A DNA stretch of 64,000 nucleotides from Raja brachyura (taxonomy: Eukaryota). Positions 13,985-64,000 of this stretch are shown piece by piece. Below the pieces are notes generated by a model, which searched no databases, was not told where the DNA came from, and was given only the letters and a program-made list of their open reading frames with translations. The stretch's first letter is position 1, and each line of letters opens with the position of its first letter. Location of the stretch: contig OY740815.1 of the NCBI GenBank assembly GCA_963514005.1, positions 14,818,001 through 14,882,000 of the forward strand. Direction: 5' to 3'. Position numbers and translations under genes: made by a program.

Positions 13985-14550
13985 TATCTCCCCCCTCCCC
14001 CACCTTCCCCTCCCCTCCCCCAGTCCCCCCCACCCCCTCCCCTCCCCCACCCTCCCCTCCCCCAGTCCCCCCCACCCCCTTCCTCCAGTCCACCCCCTCC
14101 CCTCCCTTCCTCTCCTCTCCCCCTCTCTATCTCCCCCCCACCCCCTCCCCTAGTCCCTCCCTCCACCCTCTCTTCCCCCAGTCTCTCCCTCTGCTCCATG
14201 TCCACCCCCCCTCCCCCTCCCCTCCTCCACCCTCTCCCCTCCCCCCAGCCACTCCCCCAGTCCCTCCCTCTGCTCCATGTCCACCCCCCCTCCCCTCCTC
14301 CACCCTCATCCCCCCTCCTCCAGTCCCCCCACCCTCTCCCCTCCCCCACCCTCCCCTCCCCAGTCCCCCTCCCCTCCTCCACCCTCTCCCCTCCCCCAGC
14401 CCCTCCCCCAGCCCCTCCACCCCCTCCCCTCCCCCTCTCTATCTCCCCCACCTTCCTCTCCCCTCCCCCCAGCCCCTCCCCCAGCCCCTCCCCCAGCCCC
14501 TCCCCCAGCCCCTCCCCCAGTCCCCCCCTCTGCTCCATGCCCCCCCCTCA
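13985..14550. repeat. C-rich low-complexity tract with internal repeats, at the start of NUDCD3 intron 1
   Basis: Runs of CCCCTCCCCCAG and a repeated ctctgctccatgtccacccc unit. Confidence 0.9.
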
Positions 14551-14551
14551 C

Positions 14552-14749
14552 CCGCAGCGCCAGCCGCTCGGCCACCCCGGGCGGGAATCCCAGCCTGTCC
14601 TCCTTCAGCGCCATCAGGCGGTAGAAGTCGGTTTTCCGGTACAGGAAGCCGAAGAGAACTTCGAGAAAGTTCTCGATGTTGCCGACGTGCTGCAGGATGC
14701 CGAGCAGCGCCTGGTCGTACATCTCGGTCAGGCCCGGAGCCGCGTCCAT
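14552..14749 (-). CDS. NUDCD3: NudC domain-containing protein 3, exon 1
   Basis: [45 protein letters not shown]...[14 protein letters not shown] (NudC N-terminal domain); donor CGG|gtgagg. Confidence 0.95.
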
Positions 14750-14860
14750 CGCCGCCCGCTCCCGCTCCCGCTCCCGCTTCCGCCCGGACCCCCTGCCCCG
14801 GACACACTTCCGGCCCGCCGCGGACCCGCTTCCCCCGGCTCCCGCTGGCGCCGCATCAAC
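14750..14860 (-). promoter_or_regulatory. NUDCD3 CpG-island promoter / 5' UTR
   Basis: CpG-rich, with ETS/GABP-type CCGGAAGTG (plus strand cacttccgg, ~14805) and GCGGAAGCG motifs directly upstream of the ATG. Confidence 0.65.
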
Positions 14861-15054
14861 GTTCCTACCCCACAGTCATGGACCTGATGGGAACAGAGTG
14901 AAGGGAGTCAGGTACAACCTGGCGAGTGATGGGTGGATGGACACACAATGCTGGAGTGATGGGTGGATACAGGGTTCTTGGTTTCCTGGTCCTGGAGGTG
15001 AGGGTGGTTTGACTCACTCACCAAGTCCCACCAAGCCTGACAAAGGTTGGAGGT

Positions 15055-15497
15055 AGACAATAAAAGCTGGAGAAACTCAGCGGGTGCAGCAGCATCTAAT
15101 GGGCGAAGGAGATAGGCGACGTTTCGGGTCGAGACCCTTCTTCAGACTGGAGAAACTCAGCGGGTGCAGCAGCATCTAAGGGGCGAAGGAGATAGGCGAC
15201 GTTTCGGGTCGAGACCCTTCTTCAGACTGGAGAAACTCAGCGGGTGCAGCAGCATCTCTAGAGCGAAGGAAATAGGCAACGTTTGAGGCAACACTTTGTC
15301 TACTCCACTGCGAAATCTCCTCAATGTGTGCCTACTTTGAAGAAGTTCTCCTCCCTCCGGAGATAGTTTCACAACCTCCTCTCGAAAGTAAACGTTGCCT
15401 ATTTCCTTCACTCCATAGATGCTGCTGCACCTGCTGAGTTTCTCCAGCATTTTTGTCTCCCTTCGATTTTCCAGCATCTGCAGTTCCTTCTTAAACA
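15055..15497. mobile_element. Composite PLE-derived short element: 80-nt tandem units plus an inverted copy
   Basis: Units start at 15067, 15147, 15227; inverted copy ~15385-15495; flanked by aaaggttggaggt duplication. Confidence 0.75.
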
Positions 15498-16006
15498 AAA
15501 GGTTGGAGGTGAAAAGGAGACAAAAGGGTATCAGATAAAGAGAGGAGAATATAAAGGAAAATGAATTATAAAGCTGGGAAAACGATGTATGGATGGAAGG
15601 GGAAATTGGGGCATAAAGGAAAAATGGGAGACTTGTTTTTGTGAGTGGTGGAACATGAGGGGGGGGGGAGAAGGAAAGAGAATGACTCAGGTGCTGGGAA
15701 TAATGTGTGCTCACCAAGTTAGGGGGTTGGAATAGTTGGGGAAGACAGGGTGGGGTGGGGTGGAGAGGGGAGGAGGGGGTAAAATACCCGTCTTCTGTGT
15801 GTCTGCTGGATCCCTGGTTGGCAACCACTTTAACTCCCCTTCCCACTCCTGATGTTTCTGCCCCAACTCCCTCCATTGTGAGACTGAAGCCATACGCAAA
15901 CTGGAGAAACAGCACCTCATTGATAGCTCACAATCAAACGGTATGAACATTGATTTCTCCAATTTCAAGTGAATCACCCCCTCCCCACTTACTAATCATT
16001 CTCCAT

Positions 16007-17234
16007 TAAGGTTGCCAACCTTCTTACTCCCAAATAAGGGACAAAATGTTAAAATAAGGGACAAATTCCCGACGGCAATTCGTTGACTTTGGAAGAGGTA
16101 GGATGGGGACCCACAGTCCCGTTTATATCAACGGGTCGATGCTGGAAAGGGTCAAGAGCTTCAAATTCCTGGGCGTGCACATCTGTGAAGATTTCTCCTG
16201 GTCCGAGTACACTGATGCATCAGCGCCTCTACTTCCTGAGAAGATTACGGAGAGTCGGTATGTCAAGGAGGACTCTCTCTAACTTCTGCAGGTGCACAGT
16301 AGAGAGCTTGCTGACCAGTTGCATCGTGGCTTGGTTCAGCAACCTGAGCTCCCAGGAGCGGAAAATACTACAAAAAGTAGTAAACACTGCCCAGTCCATC
16401 ATCAGCTCTGACCTCCCTACCATCGAGGGGATCAATCGCAGTGGCTGCCCCAATAAGAATGGCAGTATCGTCAAGGACCCACGCGCATCTCCCCGCTACA
16501 TTCAGGTAGAAGGTACAGGAGCCTGAAGACTGCAACGTCCAGGTTCAGAAACAGCTGCTTCCCCACAGCCATCAGGCTATTGAACTCAACTGAAACAAAA
16601 TTCTGAACATTAATAGCCCATTATCTGTTTATTTACACTTTATCTGTTTTATGTATTCATGTGTGTATATATTTATAAAATGGTATATGGACTCACTGAT
16701 CTGTTCTGTATTCATGCCTTCTATAATTCTGTTGTGCTGAAGCAAAGCAAGAATTTCATTGTCCTACCTGGGACACATGACAATAAACTCTCTTGAATCT
16801 TGACCGACTCAGCCGTGGCTGGGTGAATGATGAGTTGGCCCCTGTGCTGGACTGCACACAAAGCCCACCCGGCGGGCCAGCTGAGGAGTTTTGGCCCAGG
16901 CGATGTCGCGCGCAAAGTCCGGCACCCCGTCCAACTCATGAACCAATGATCGGCCTTGAGAAGGGGAGGTGGTGGTGTTGGCGGTAAGCAAAGGTCCGAA
17001 GGTCGGACCCGGCTGCCGACCGACGGGGCCACGGGCGAGGTGCTGCTGCTGCACTCCATGGGCTGCACTACATCAGGACAGGTAAGCTGGGGTCGGACGC
17101 GGCGCTCCCCCCGGCAGTCCCCTCGACGCGAGTAGTAGCAATCAAATATGGTACAAGGGCGGTCCCATATGGGACAATCCAATTTAGCCCAATGTACGGG
17201 ATGTCCCGGATAATACGAGACAGTGGCAACCCTA
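16007..17234. mobile_element. hAT-type non-autonomous DNA transposon with nested Rex1/Babar fragment
   Basis: TIRs TAAGGTTGCCA / TGGCAACCCTA; perfect 8-bp TSD TTCTCCAT (15999-16006, 17235-17242). Confidence 0.8.
16085..16803 (+). mobile_element. Rex1/Babar-type LINE 3' fragment
   Basis: INGSMLERVKSFKFLGVHI..QRLYFLRRLRR..TVESLLTSCIVAWF..LQKVVNTAQSII; aataaa followed by cttgaatcttga tail. Confidence 0.8.
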
Positions 17235-18930
17235 TTCTCCATCCCCAGCCCACACACATTTTTCCCCACAACCCCTATCAATCTGTTCATTTCCCCTCCT
17301 CATGTCATCTGAGCAGAATTTGGGCATTCGGTCCATTGAGTTTACTCCACCATTTCAAGCATGGCTGATCTATCTTTCCCTCTGAACCCCATTCTCCTGC
17401 CATCTCCCTGTAATGTTTGACACCCTTACTAATCACAAATCTTGTCGATCTCCACTTTATGGGGAGAAAGCTGGAGAATGGGGCTGAGAGGGAAATATAG
17501 ATCGACAGAGTAGACTTGATGGGCCGAATGGCCTAATTCAGCTCCTACACTTTGTGAACATGAAAAGTACCCAATGACTTGACCTCCACAGCCGTCTGTG
17601 ACCTCCTCCTTCTGCTCCTCGCTCATTTTATTCAGCTCTCAGGGCTAACGGAATCTAGGGATATGGGGAGAAAGCTGGAACAGGGTACTGATTTTAGATT
17701 GAATGGCGGTGCTGGATTGAAGGGCTGAATGGCCTACTGCTGGGCCTGTTTTCTAGGTTTTTCCCTCCTCCAACATATCGTGTTGAGATTGTGCAGGGTG
17801 TTGATGCCATATCCTATTGTCCTCTGCTCATGGCCCACAGCTGCCCTCGAGTGGCCAACAACGGCACTGCAATTTCGTTCACAAAACAATTGTCAGAGGG
17901 CGGCCAAACATAAATTGGAGGAATGGCACCTCCAATTTCACGTCGGCTGCTTACAACCCAGTGGTATGAATATCGATTTCTCTAACTTCAAGTAACCCTT
18001 GAATCCTCTCGCTCCCCCACCCTAGTCATTGTACTAGTTTCACTGTCGTCCTGGTGAGTTTTATTGTCTGCAACTCATTTTCACTGACCCACACGCAACA
18101 ATGGCCTGTTTTAGAAACATAGAAATTAGGTGTAGGAGTAGGCCATTCGGCCCTTCGAGCCTGCACCGCCATTCAATGTGATCATGGCTGATCATCCAAC
18201 TCAGTATCCCGTACCTGCCTTCTCTCCATACCCCCTGATCCCTTTAGCCACAAGTGCCACATCTAACTCCCTCTTAAATATAGCCAATGAACTGGCCTCA
18301 ACTACCTTCTGTGGCAGAGAATTCCAGGGACTCACCACTCTCTGTGTAAAGAATGTTTTCCTCATTTTGGTCCTAAAGGAATTCCCCCTTATCCTTAGAT
18401 TATCTTGATCATCATAACTTTTTTGCATTTTTACATTCATTTGTTCTATATCACCGTCTATATCTTGTTTCCCTCTCCCGTGACTCTGTCTGAAGAATGG
18501 TCTCTTAGTTTAGTCTAGAGACACAGCGCGGAAACAGGCCCTTTGGTCCACCGAGTCCTCACCGACCAGCGATCCCCGCACATTAACACAATTCTACACA
18601 CACGAGAGACAATTTACACATACACCAAGCCAATTAACCTGCACGTCATGGAGTGTGGGAGGAAACTGAAGATCTCGGAGAGAACGTACAAACTCCGTAG
18701 AGACAGCACCCCTAGTCGGGATCGAACCTGGGTCTCCGGGCTCTACTGCTGAGCCACCATGCCGCCCATGAGTTTCTCCAGCATTTTGTGTCTATCTGAG
18801 GAACTGAGCAGGTCAAGCAGCATCTGTGGAGGCAAAGTATCCACCATCCTTTTGCTCCACACATGTTCAGCAGTTTGGTTTTTACTCCAGATTCCAGCAT
18901 CTGCAATTTTGTATCACCACAAAGAGACAT

Positions 18931-19071
18931 CTTCTTCTTCTTGCGTACAGCGTGCACAGCCTAAAGTTGTAGGACAAGATGTTCTATTTGATCTTATTTG
19001 ATTGTGCACGCCGGGTTGATTGCATTCGTCGAAACAGGGCGGACCACGTGATGGTTGCAATCTCCCACCCC
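18931..19071 (-). mobile_element. ~141-nt HDV-ribozyme-headed short retroposon, copy B
   Basis: Perfect 13-bp TSD cacaaagagacat (18918-18930 / 19072-19084); GAA tail. Confidence 0.85.
19018..19071 (-). ncRNA. Minimal HDV-like ribozyme, copy B (first L3 U changed to A, catalytic C intact)
   Basis: Same nested double-pseudoknot pairing as copy D. Confidence 0.7.
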
Positions 19072-19333
19072 CACAAAGAGACATGATTCTACTTAAAGTT
19101 CGAAAGGACTGCAGATGCTGGTTTAAATCGAAGGTGGACACAAAATGTTGGAGTATCTCAGCGGGACAGGCAGCATCTCTGAAGATCTCAAGGTGACGTT
19201 TCGGGTCAAGACCCTTCTTCTCGCTGGTTCCACTTAATCATATTAAAACCACTAACAAAATATTTAATGAGCTTTCTGAACCGCCAACTAAATATTTCCA
19301 GCTATCTAGATATTTTTAAAGGAAAACCATTTT

Positions 19334-19640
19334 GGGCGACACGGTGCCGCAGAGGTAGAGTTGCTGCCTCACAGCGCTGGAGACCCGTGTTCGATCCTGA
19401 CCAGGGGTGCTGTCTGTATGGAGTTTGTACGTTCTCCCATTGACCTGCGTGGCTTTCTCCGAGATATTCGCTTTCTTCCCACACTCCAAAGACATACAGG
19501 TTTGTAGGTTAATTGGCTTGGTATGAATGCAAATTTGTCCCTAGTGTGTATAGGATAGTGTTAATGTGGGGATCGCTGGTCTGTGCAGACCCAGTGGGCC
19601 GAAGGGCCTGTTTCCATGCTGTATCTCTAAAATAAACTAC
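19334..19640 (+). mobile_element. tRNA-derived SINE (HE1/V-SINE-like), full length. About 20 further copies, e.g. 12277-12562 +, 29450-29757 +, 39528-39850 +, 49560-49853 +, 63798-63990 +, 6325-6600 -, 18505-18765 -, 30501-30790 -, 40305-40577 -
   Basis: Pol III A/B-box-like head (ggtggcgcagcggtagag..gggttcgatcc), central gtttgtacgttctccc..ggtttcctcccacac domain, 3' gggcctgtttcc..(taaac)n tail shared with LINE ends. Confidence 0.85.
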
Positions 19641-20906
19641 ACCAAAACTATAGGTAGACACAAAATGCTGGAGTAACTCAGTGGGACAGGCGGCATCTCT
19701 GGAGAGGAGGAATAGGTGACGTTTCGGGTCGAGCCCCCTCTTGACCCGAAAGGTCACCTATTTTGTGTCTACCTTCGATTAAAACCAGCATCTGCAGTTC
19801 TTTCTTAAACCAAAACTATTGCAGATTGTGGTCAAGGATGATTTCTCTCAAATCTATGAGTGAAACAGACGGGTGATTTTTGTCAACTACTAGTTTCACG
19901 GCCGTGATTCATCTCATTTCATATTCTCGATGTCCCCAACCACTTTGGAGTAAATTAAGGACCTCTGAAGTGTGGTCAAGATGGGGAGAAGCCAGGAACG
20001 GGGTACTGATTGGGGATGATTAGCCATGGTCACATTGAATGGCGATGCTGGCTCGCAGGGCCGAATGGCCTACTCCTGCGCCTATTGTATATTGCAATGT
20101 GGGAAATGCAGCATGCAAAGTTTCACAAAATCAATTGAAATAAATGAGTAGATTTTTAATTCATATTTTATTTTCCCCTTTATGTTAGAAAAGTTTACAA
20201 GGCCACTATCTTGGGAAGAGTTTTCCTTACGATGGCACCCTGGGATATTTTACGTGTGGGTGAGGAAGGCATGATCACAAAATAACAGTAGCTCTGACAG
20301 TGCAGTAATCTCACAACGCCAAGGTAGACACAAAATGCTGGAGTAACTCAGCGGATGAGGCAGCATCTTTGGAGAGAAGGAATGGGTGACGTTTCAGGTC
20401 AATAGTCAAATTTTGTGTCTACCTTCGATTAAAATCTGCAGTTCTTTCTTTAACCAAAACTATTGCAGATTGTGGTCAAGGATGATTTCTCTCCAGTCTA
20501 GGAGTGAATCAAGACCCGAAACGTCACCCATTCCTTCTCTCCATAGATGCTGCCTCACCCACTGAGTTACCCCAGCATTTTGTGTCCACCTTCAATTTTA
20601 TCCAGCATCTGGAGTTCTTTCTCACACATCTCTCAATGCAAACTTGGATTGTGTGTTCTTTGAGTTGGAGTTGACTCCAGAGATTTGATAGTGAGGGGGG
20701 ATCCCACTCAACAGCTGACACACATCCACCGACGCTTCAGACAGAGATGATCTGTAGGATCCAGAGAGCAATTACAAATTCAACAGTCATGGGTGAATGT
20801 CCAGCTTTTACCCAGTTTAAAGTGATGTTAACAGTGCAATAAATATGTTTGCCCAAGGCCTTTCATTCAGGTGCTCGGCGTGTTTCTACAGTGGGAACTC
20901 AGCTGA

Positions 20907-59224
<38,318 letters not shown>

Positions 59225-60149
59225 GGTTGCATGCAAGGAACCTGAGGGAGAAATGGTAGGACAATAGTTAACACCGAAACAAGGATAGCAACTGGGTCAA
59301 TATCGGGAGTGAAACTTAACCAGATTAACTTTCCATGATTGACAAGTTTTATTGTGAAACTTAACTCCTGATTTTGGCTGTTGCCCTTCACATTTCCTTC
59401 CATCAAATTCCACATTATAGTTATTAAACGTAACTTTTCTACTTTGCCGCATCTGTTTCCTTGTCAACTACGTTAATTAATATTAATTTAATATTTTAAA
59501 TAAGCTGGGGAAGGCAACATGGCAAAGGTCAGGGGGTAACATTTAGCAGATTAAACGGGGCCATTACTGGAGAAATATGGAGTCAACATGGAGTCAATGT
59601 CCTGAGCGAAATTGAAGACAAAAGTTAACATAGTTGACAAGGAAAACATAGACAATAGGTGCAGGAGTAGGCCATTCGGCCCTTCAAGCCAGCACCGCCA
59701 GTCTATATGATCATGGCTGATCATCCAGAATCAGTATCCCGTTCCTGCTTTCTCCCCATATCCCTTGATTCCTTTAGCCCTCAGAGCTACATCTAACTCT
59801 CTCTTGAAAACATCCAGTGAATTGGCCTCCATCCACTGCCTTCTGTGGCAGAGAATTCCACAGATTCACAACTAAACTCTCTGGGTGAAAAAGTTTATGC
59901 ATCTCAGTCCTAAATGGCCTGCCCCTTATTCCTAAACTGTGCCCCCCTGGGTCTGGACTCCCCCAACATGGGGAACATTTTTCCTGCATCTAAAATTGAA
60001 CAGAAAAGATTTAACAGAAAAGTTACATTTAATTATTATAATGTGGAATATGATTGCGGGAAACGGCCAAAAGTCGGAGTTAAGTTTAACAAATGAAACT
60101 AGTTAATGATAAAAAGGAGAGGAGACGTGCATTCAGGAGAAAGAGTGCT

Positions 60150-60420
60150 GTACCGGGGAGGGTGAGCCGGTGTGCAGCCGCCTCCTCCGGGCGAGGGGGT
60201 GAAAGCGAGCCCGAGGCCCGGGGCCCGGCGCAGGCCGCAGGCGGGGTGGAGGCTGGAGAGGGGACGCGCCTGGAGAGCGCGGGCACGGGCACGGGCACGG
60301 CATGCGCGCTCCCGCCGCTTCCGTGCGCGTGCAAGCGCCTCACCTCAACGCGGGCGCGCGCCTCCCCTTGCCCCCGGGCACCTGTCAACGTCTCGGGGAC
60401 AATCCCGGAATAAACATGCA
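60150..60420 (-). promoter_or_regulatory. CpG island, probable POLM promoter and non-coding first exon (donor GAG|gtgagg at 60343)
   Basis: Very GC/CpG-rich stretch 1.1 kb upstream of the ATG exon, with ETS-like CGGAA motifs. A strong minus-strand donor here fits the acceptor 17 nt upstream of the POLM ATG. Confidence 0.65.
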
Positions 60421-62874
60421 TGCAAGGATTCCCACACACACACAAGAACAGACACAAACAGTAACTTATTGCACCCCAGTAACTTATATAAGTAACCTTA
60501 TGTTGCAAGGTGGTAACATTTGCTGGTTGCAATGCATCCCATGTAAATAACCCTGTGGACAACCTGTCTTCAGCCTGTGACTGCTGCAAACCCAACAGCA
60601 AAATATGTTAATTGACACTCCAATTATTCCACAATTGACCTCGTACGTCGCAAATTGCCATATTTTGATCATGTAAAATGTAACGTACATGGATAGGACA
60701 GGTTTGGAGGGATACGGGCCAGAAAGGTTTACAAAATATGTAGGAAGGGAACTGCAGATGCAGGTTTACACCGAAGATAGACGAGTATAGTTGGGATATG
60801 TTGGCCAGTGTGGGCACGTTGGGCCGAAGGGCCTGTTTCCACACTGTATCACTCTATGACTCTATAATACTTACCAATCAACAAAATGTTGTCTGACCCA
60901 CTGAGTTACTCCAGCTTTTTGTGTCTATCCGATTTAAACCAGCAGCTGCAGTTCCTTCCAAAAAAAAGAGTGTGTAGTACATATTGTGAGTGTATATACC
61001 TTTAAGGACGATGTATAGAATTTGGCATGACTTCTGATACCCTGTGGCGTAGAGATGTTGAGAGTTTACTTTAGTTTAGCAATACCGCATGGAAATAGGC
61101 CCTTCAGCCCACTGACTTCATGTTGACTGTCACACACCCGTTCACACTAGCTCTATGTTATTCCACCTTCACATCAACGTCCTACACACTGGGGGGGAAT
61201 TTACAGAGGGCCAATTAACCTACAAACCTGCATGTCTTTGGGATATGGACGAATCCAGAGCACCCAGAGGAAACCCACATGGTCACTGGGAGAAAATGCA
61301 AACTCTGCACAGAGAGCACCAAAGGTCAGAGGTTTGAAAGGTCTTTTATTGTCACGTATTAACCGTATGGGAAAAAAAGCATCAAGACACGCAACTACAT
61401 AAAAGTTAACATAAACATCCACCACAGCAGCTTTCCCCACATTCCTCACTGTGATGGATGACAAAAAAGTCCAAACATCTTCCTCTTTATTCTCTTGCGG
61501 TCGGAGCAATCGAAACCCTCGCATCGGGGCGATTGAAACTCCCGCGTTGGGGCTGTCGAAACTCCTGCGGTTTGGAGTCCCCGAAGTCGGTCCGTGATGG
61601 TAAATCCGCAAGCACCCACAGTTGGAGCACCAAGGTCAATCCTTGGCAAAGGGATCACGAGATCCGTGATGTTAAAATTGACAGCTCTCAAAATCGGTCT
61701 CCAGCAATGGTTGCCAACTCCTCAATGTTAGGCCGCAGTGCGGACGGAGATACAATGCGGAAAAAAAATCACATCTCCATCGAGATAAGAGATTACAACA
61801 AGTTTTATCCACCCCCCCCCCCCCCCCCCCCCCCCCCACACACATAAACAAGCTAAAGAACACTAAAAAACACACATTTAACACATACTATTAAACACAA
61901 AGGAAAGAAAGGACAGACAGACTGTTGGCGAAGCAGGATGGAACCCGGGTCTCTGGCGCTGTGAGGTAACAGGAGTATTAGTTATACCACTGTTAATGGC
62001 CATCGATGCTCTATTTAGATGGTGTCTGCTTTACTGATCCGGTGTCAGTGGTTCATACCCTGGGGGTCATGACCTCCTATGGGGGTCGTTTGGGGCTTTG
62101 CCAGGGGTCATGAAGGGGACACAAATAACATATCAATTTGTTGTGCCCATGTTTAGGAACCTAACAACGGTACATATCGCATACAGTATTTTGTTCCCGT
62201 ATACGCGTACTGGTGCCAAAACGGTTAATAACCACAGCTAGATGCTGCATTTCTGATGAATTTGATATATTACTGATGAGGCTGTGGGAAAGGAGTGATC
62301 AAATGTGAGGAAAGAAAGATAATAGGCTTAACTGGTGGGATGGTGATGATGAGACATTACGGATGTGTTGGTGAGTGGAGCAAGTGTACATGATCCATAT
62401 CCCACCATTCCCTGCATACCACATGTGCCTACCTAAAAGTCTCTTTAATGCCCAGTCTCTTAAATGCCAAAAGATTCATTGCCTCCACCACCAACATGAC
62501 AGTGGGAGCCCTGTAGACAGACACAAAGTGCTGCAGTAACACAGCATCTATGGAGAAAAGGAATAGGTGATGTTTCGGGTCAGAGCCCTTCTTCGGACAA
62601 CAGTCTGAAAAAGGGTTCCCACCGAAAGGTCACCTATTTCTTTTCTCCAGAGATGCTGCCTGACCCGCGGATTTACTCCAGCATTTTGTGTCTATCTTCG
62701 GTATAAACCAGCATCTGAAGTTTCTTCCTACACAGTGGGAGCACTGTGTACCATTACCAGCTAGGTACAACTTTGTGTATCATTGATGAGGTGCTATTGA
62801 TGTAGCTTGGATACGTGATTGAAGACCATTTTGTAGTCAGTACACAGTGCAACACTGTTACACGAGTAGGGCCA

Positions 62875-63590
62875 TCAGCGATGGCAGCCTCGCCAACAGA
62901 CTGTCTGTCTTTTTGTCTTTTTTAAAGTTTTTTTTAGTGTGTTTTAAAAGTTTGTGTTAATGTTCTCTGGTTTGTTTTATCTGGGGGGGTGTGGGAGGGG
63001 GTCGAGGGAAACTTTTTCTCAATCTCTTATCTTGCCGGAGATGCGATTGTTTTCTGGATGGTACCTTCAGTCGCCTAACATCATGGAGCTGGAAGCCTTG
63101 CTCGGGACTGACTTTGAGCCCTACCGTGGGGACGTGGACTTACCATCGGAGCCGATCCCTTGCCTGGGATCGACGCTCCAACCGTGGCCTGCAGGTTTCA
63201 CCATCGAGGAGCTCGCAGTCCTGGGTTGTGGCCGATGTCGGGAAACTCCAAAGAACGCAGAAGGTTTCGACCAGCCCCGACCCGGTGTCCATTCGCCCGG
63301 CACGGGGGAGCTGAGATCCCCCCCCCCCCCCTCCATGGCAGGAGCTTGATCGCGCCGGGCCCAAACGCCGCCGTCTATGGGAGCTATGGTCACCCCGTCA
63401 ACGGAAGGCTCGAGGCCCCCGACCGTGGGAGAAAAAGAAGGGAAAAGATTGAACTTTATTTCGCCTTCCATCACAGTGAGGAATGTGGAGGAGTCACTGT
63501 GGTGGATGTTAAAATGTATTTGTGTGTTTTGTTGCCTTTTATTGGCATGACTGTATGGCAAATCACATTCCTCATATGTTCCTCGCAAAA
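62875..63590 (+). mobile_element. ~700-nt GC-rich non-coding retroposon family (other copies 43350-44070 -, 61330-61935 -, 31040-31960 +)
   Basis: Shared 5' caacagactgtctgtc and shared 3' ccatcacagtgaggaatgtggaggagtcactgtg..aaattcctc.tatgtt; two copies end in an aataaagta(t)gattgtgattg-like tail. Confidence 0.7.
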
Positions 63591-64000
63591 ACATGTAGGA
63601 ATAAACTGCAGATGCTGGTTTACACCGAAGATAGACACAAAATGCTGGAGTAACTCAGTGGGTCAGGCAGCATCTCTAGAGAAAAGGAATAGGTGACGTT
63701 TCAGGTCGGAACTTTTTCACACAGAGGATGGTGGGTATATGGAACGAGAGGATGTAGTGAGGCAGGTACTAGAACGTTTAAAAGACAGTTTAAAAGATGG
63801 TGGCGCAGCGGTAGAGTTGCTGCCTTACAGCGAATGCAGCGCCGGAGACCCGGGTTCGATCCCGACTAAGGGTGCTGTCTGTACGGAGTTTGTATGTTCT
63901 CCCCGTGACCCGTGTGGGTTTTCTCCGAGATCTTCGGTTTCCTCCCACACCCCAAAGATGTACAGGTCTGTAGGTTAATTGGCTTGTTAAATGATACGTT

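Noticed and set aside
13896-14901. Pro-rich and Gly-rich ORFs
   Set aside because: Low-complexity C tract; only 14552-14749 on the minus strand is a real exon.
19334-19410. tRNA genes
   Set aside because: These tRNA-like sequences are SINE heads that continue into a SINE body and tail; no full cloverleaf.
62046-62238. hAT/Charlie-like MITE (cagtggtt...aaccacag)
   Set aside because: TIR is short and imperfect and there is no convincing 8-bp TSD.

Overview
Eukaryotic (vertebrate) genomic DNA. The repeat content (HE1/V-SINE-like SINEs, CR1, Rex1/Babar, Penelope-like elements, DIRS1) suggests a cartilaginous fish, most likely a skate or ray; this is inference. Two spliced genes lie in tandem on the minus strand. 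(1) A complete 11-coding-exon X-family polymerase gene, POLM (DNA polymerase mu): 528 aa when I splice it by hand, 59224->20907, all GT-AG junctions in phase, with several TdT-like residues. (2) The first three exons of NUDCD3 (14749->2592), which runs off the left edge. Introns are dense with mobile elements. The most striking signal is RNA-structural. A ~141-nt short retroposon occurs in 4 copies, each with a (GAA)n tail and a target-site duplication, and each begins exactly at G1 of a 54-nt minimal HDV-like self-cleaving ribozyme fold. One intact copy is in sense orientation in the short POLM intron 4. Separately, about 15 Penelope-derived short repeats carry a minimal hammerhead-like core and occur as tandem, inverted and TSD-flanked units. 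The window also holds a DIRS1 element with perfect ITR/ICR termini but a decayed coding region, an 18-bp G-rich minisatellite born inside a LINE 3' tail, Harbinger-like MITEs and a nested hAT/Rex1 insertion. All coordinates and translations were read by eye; no database searches were run.
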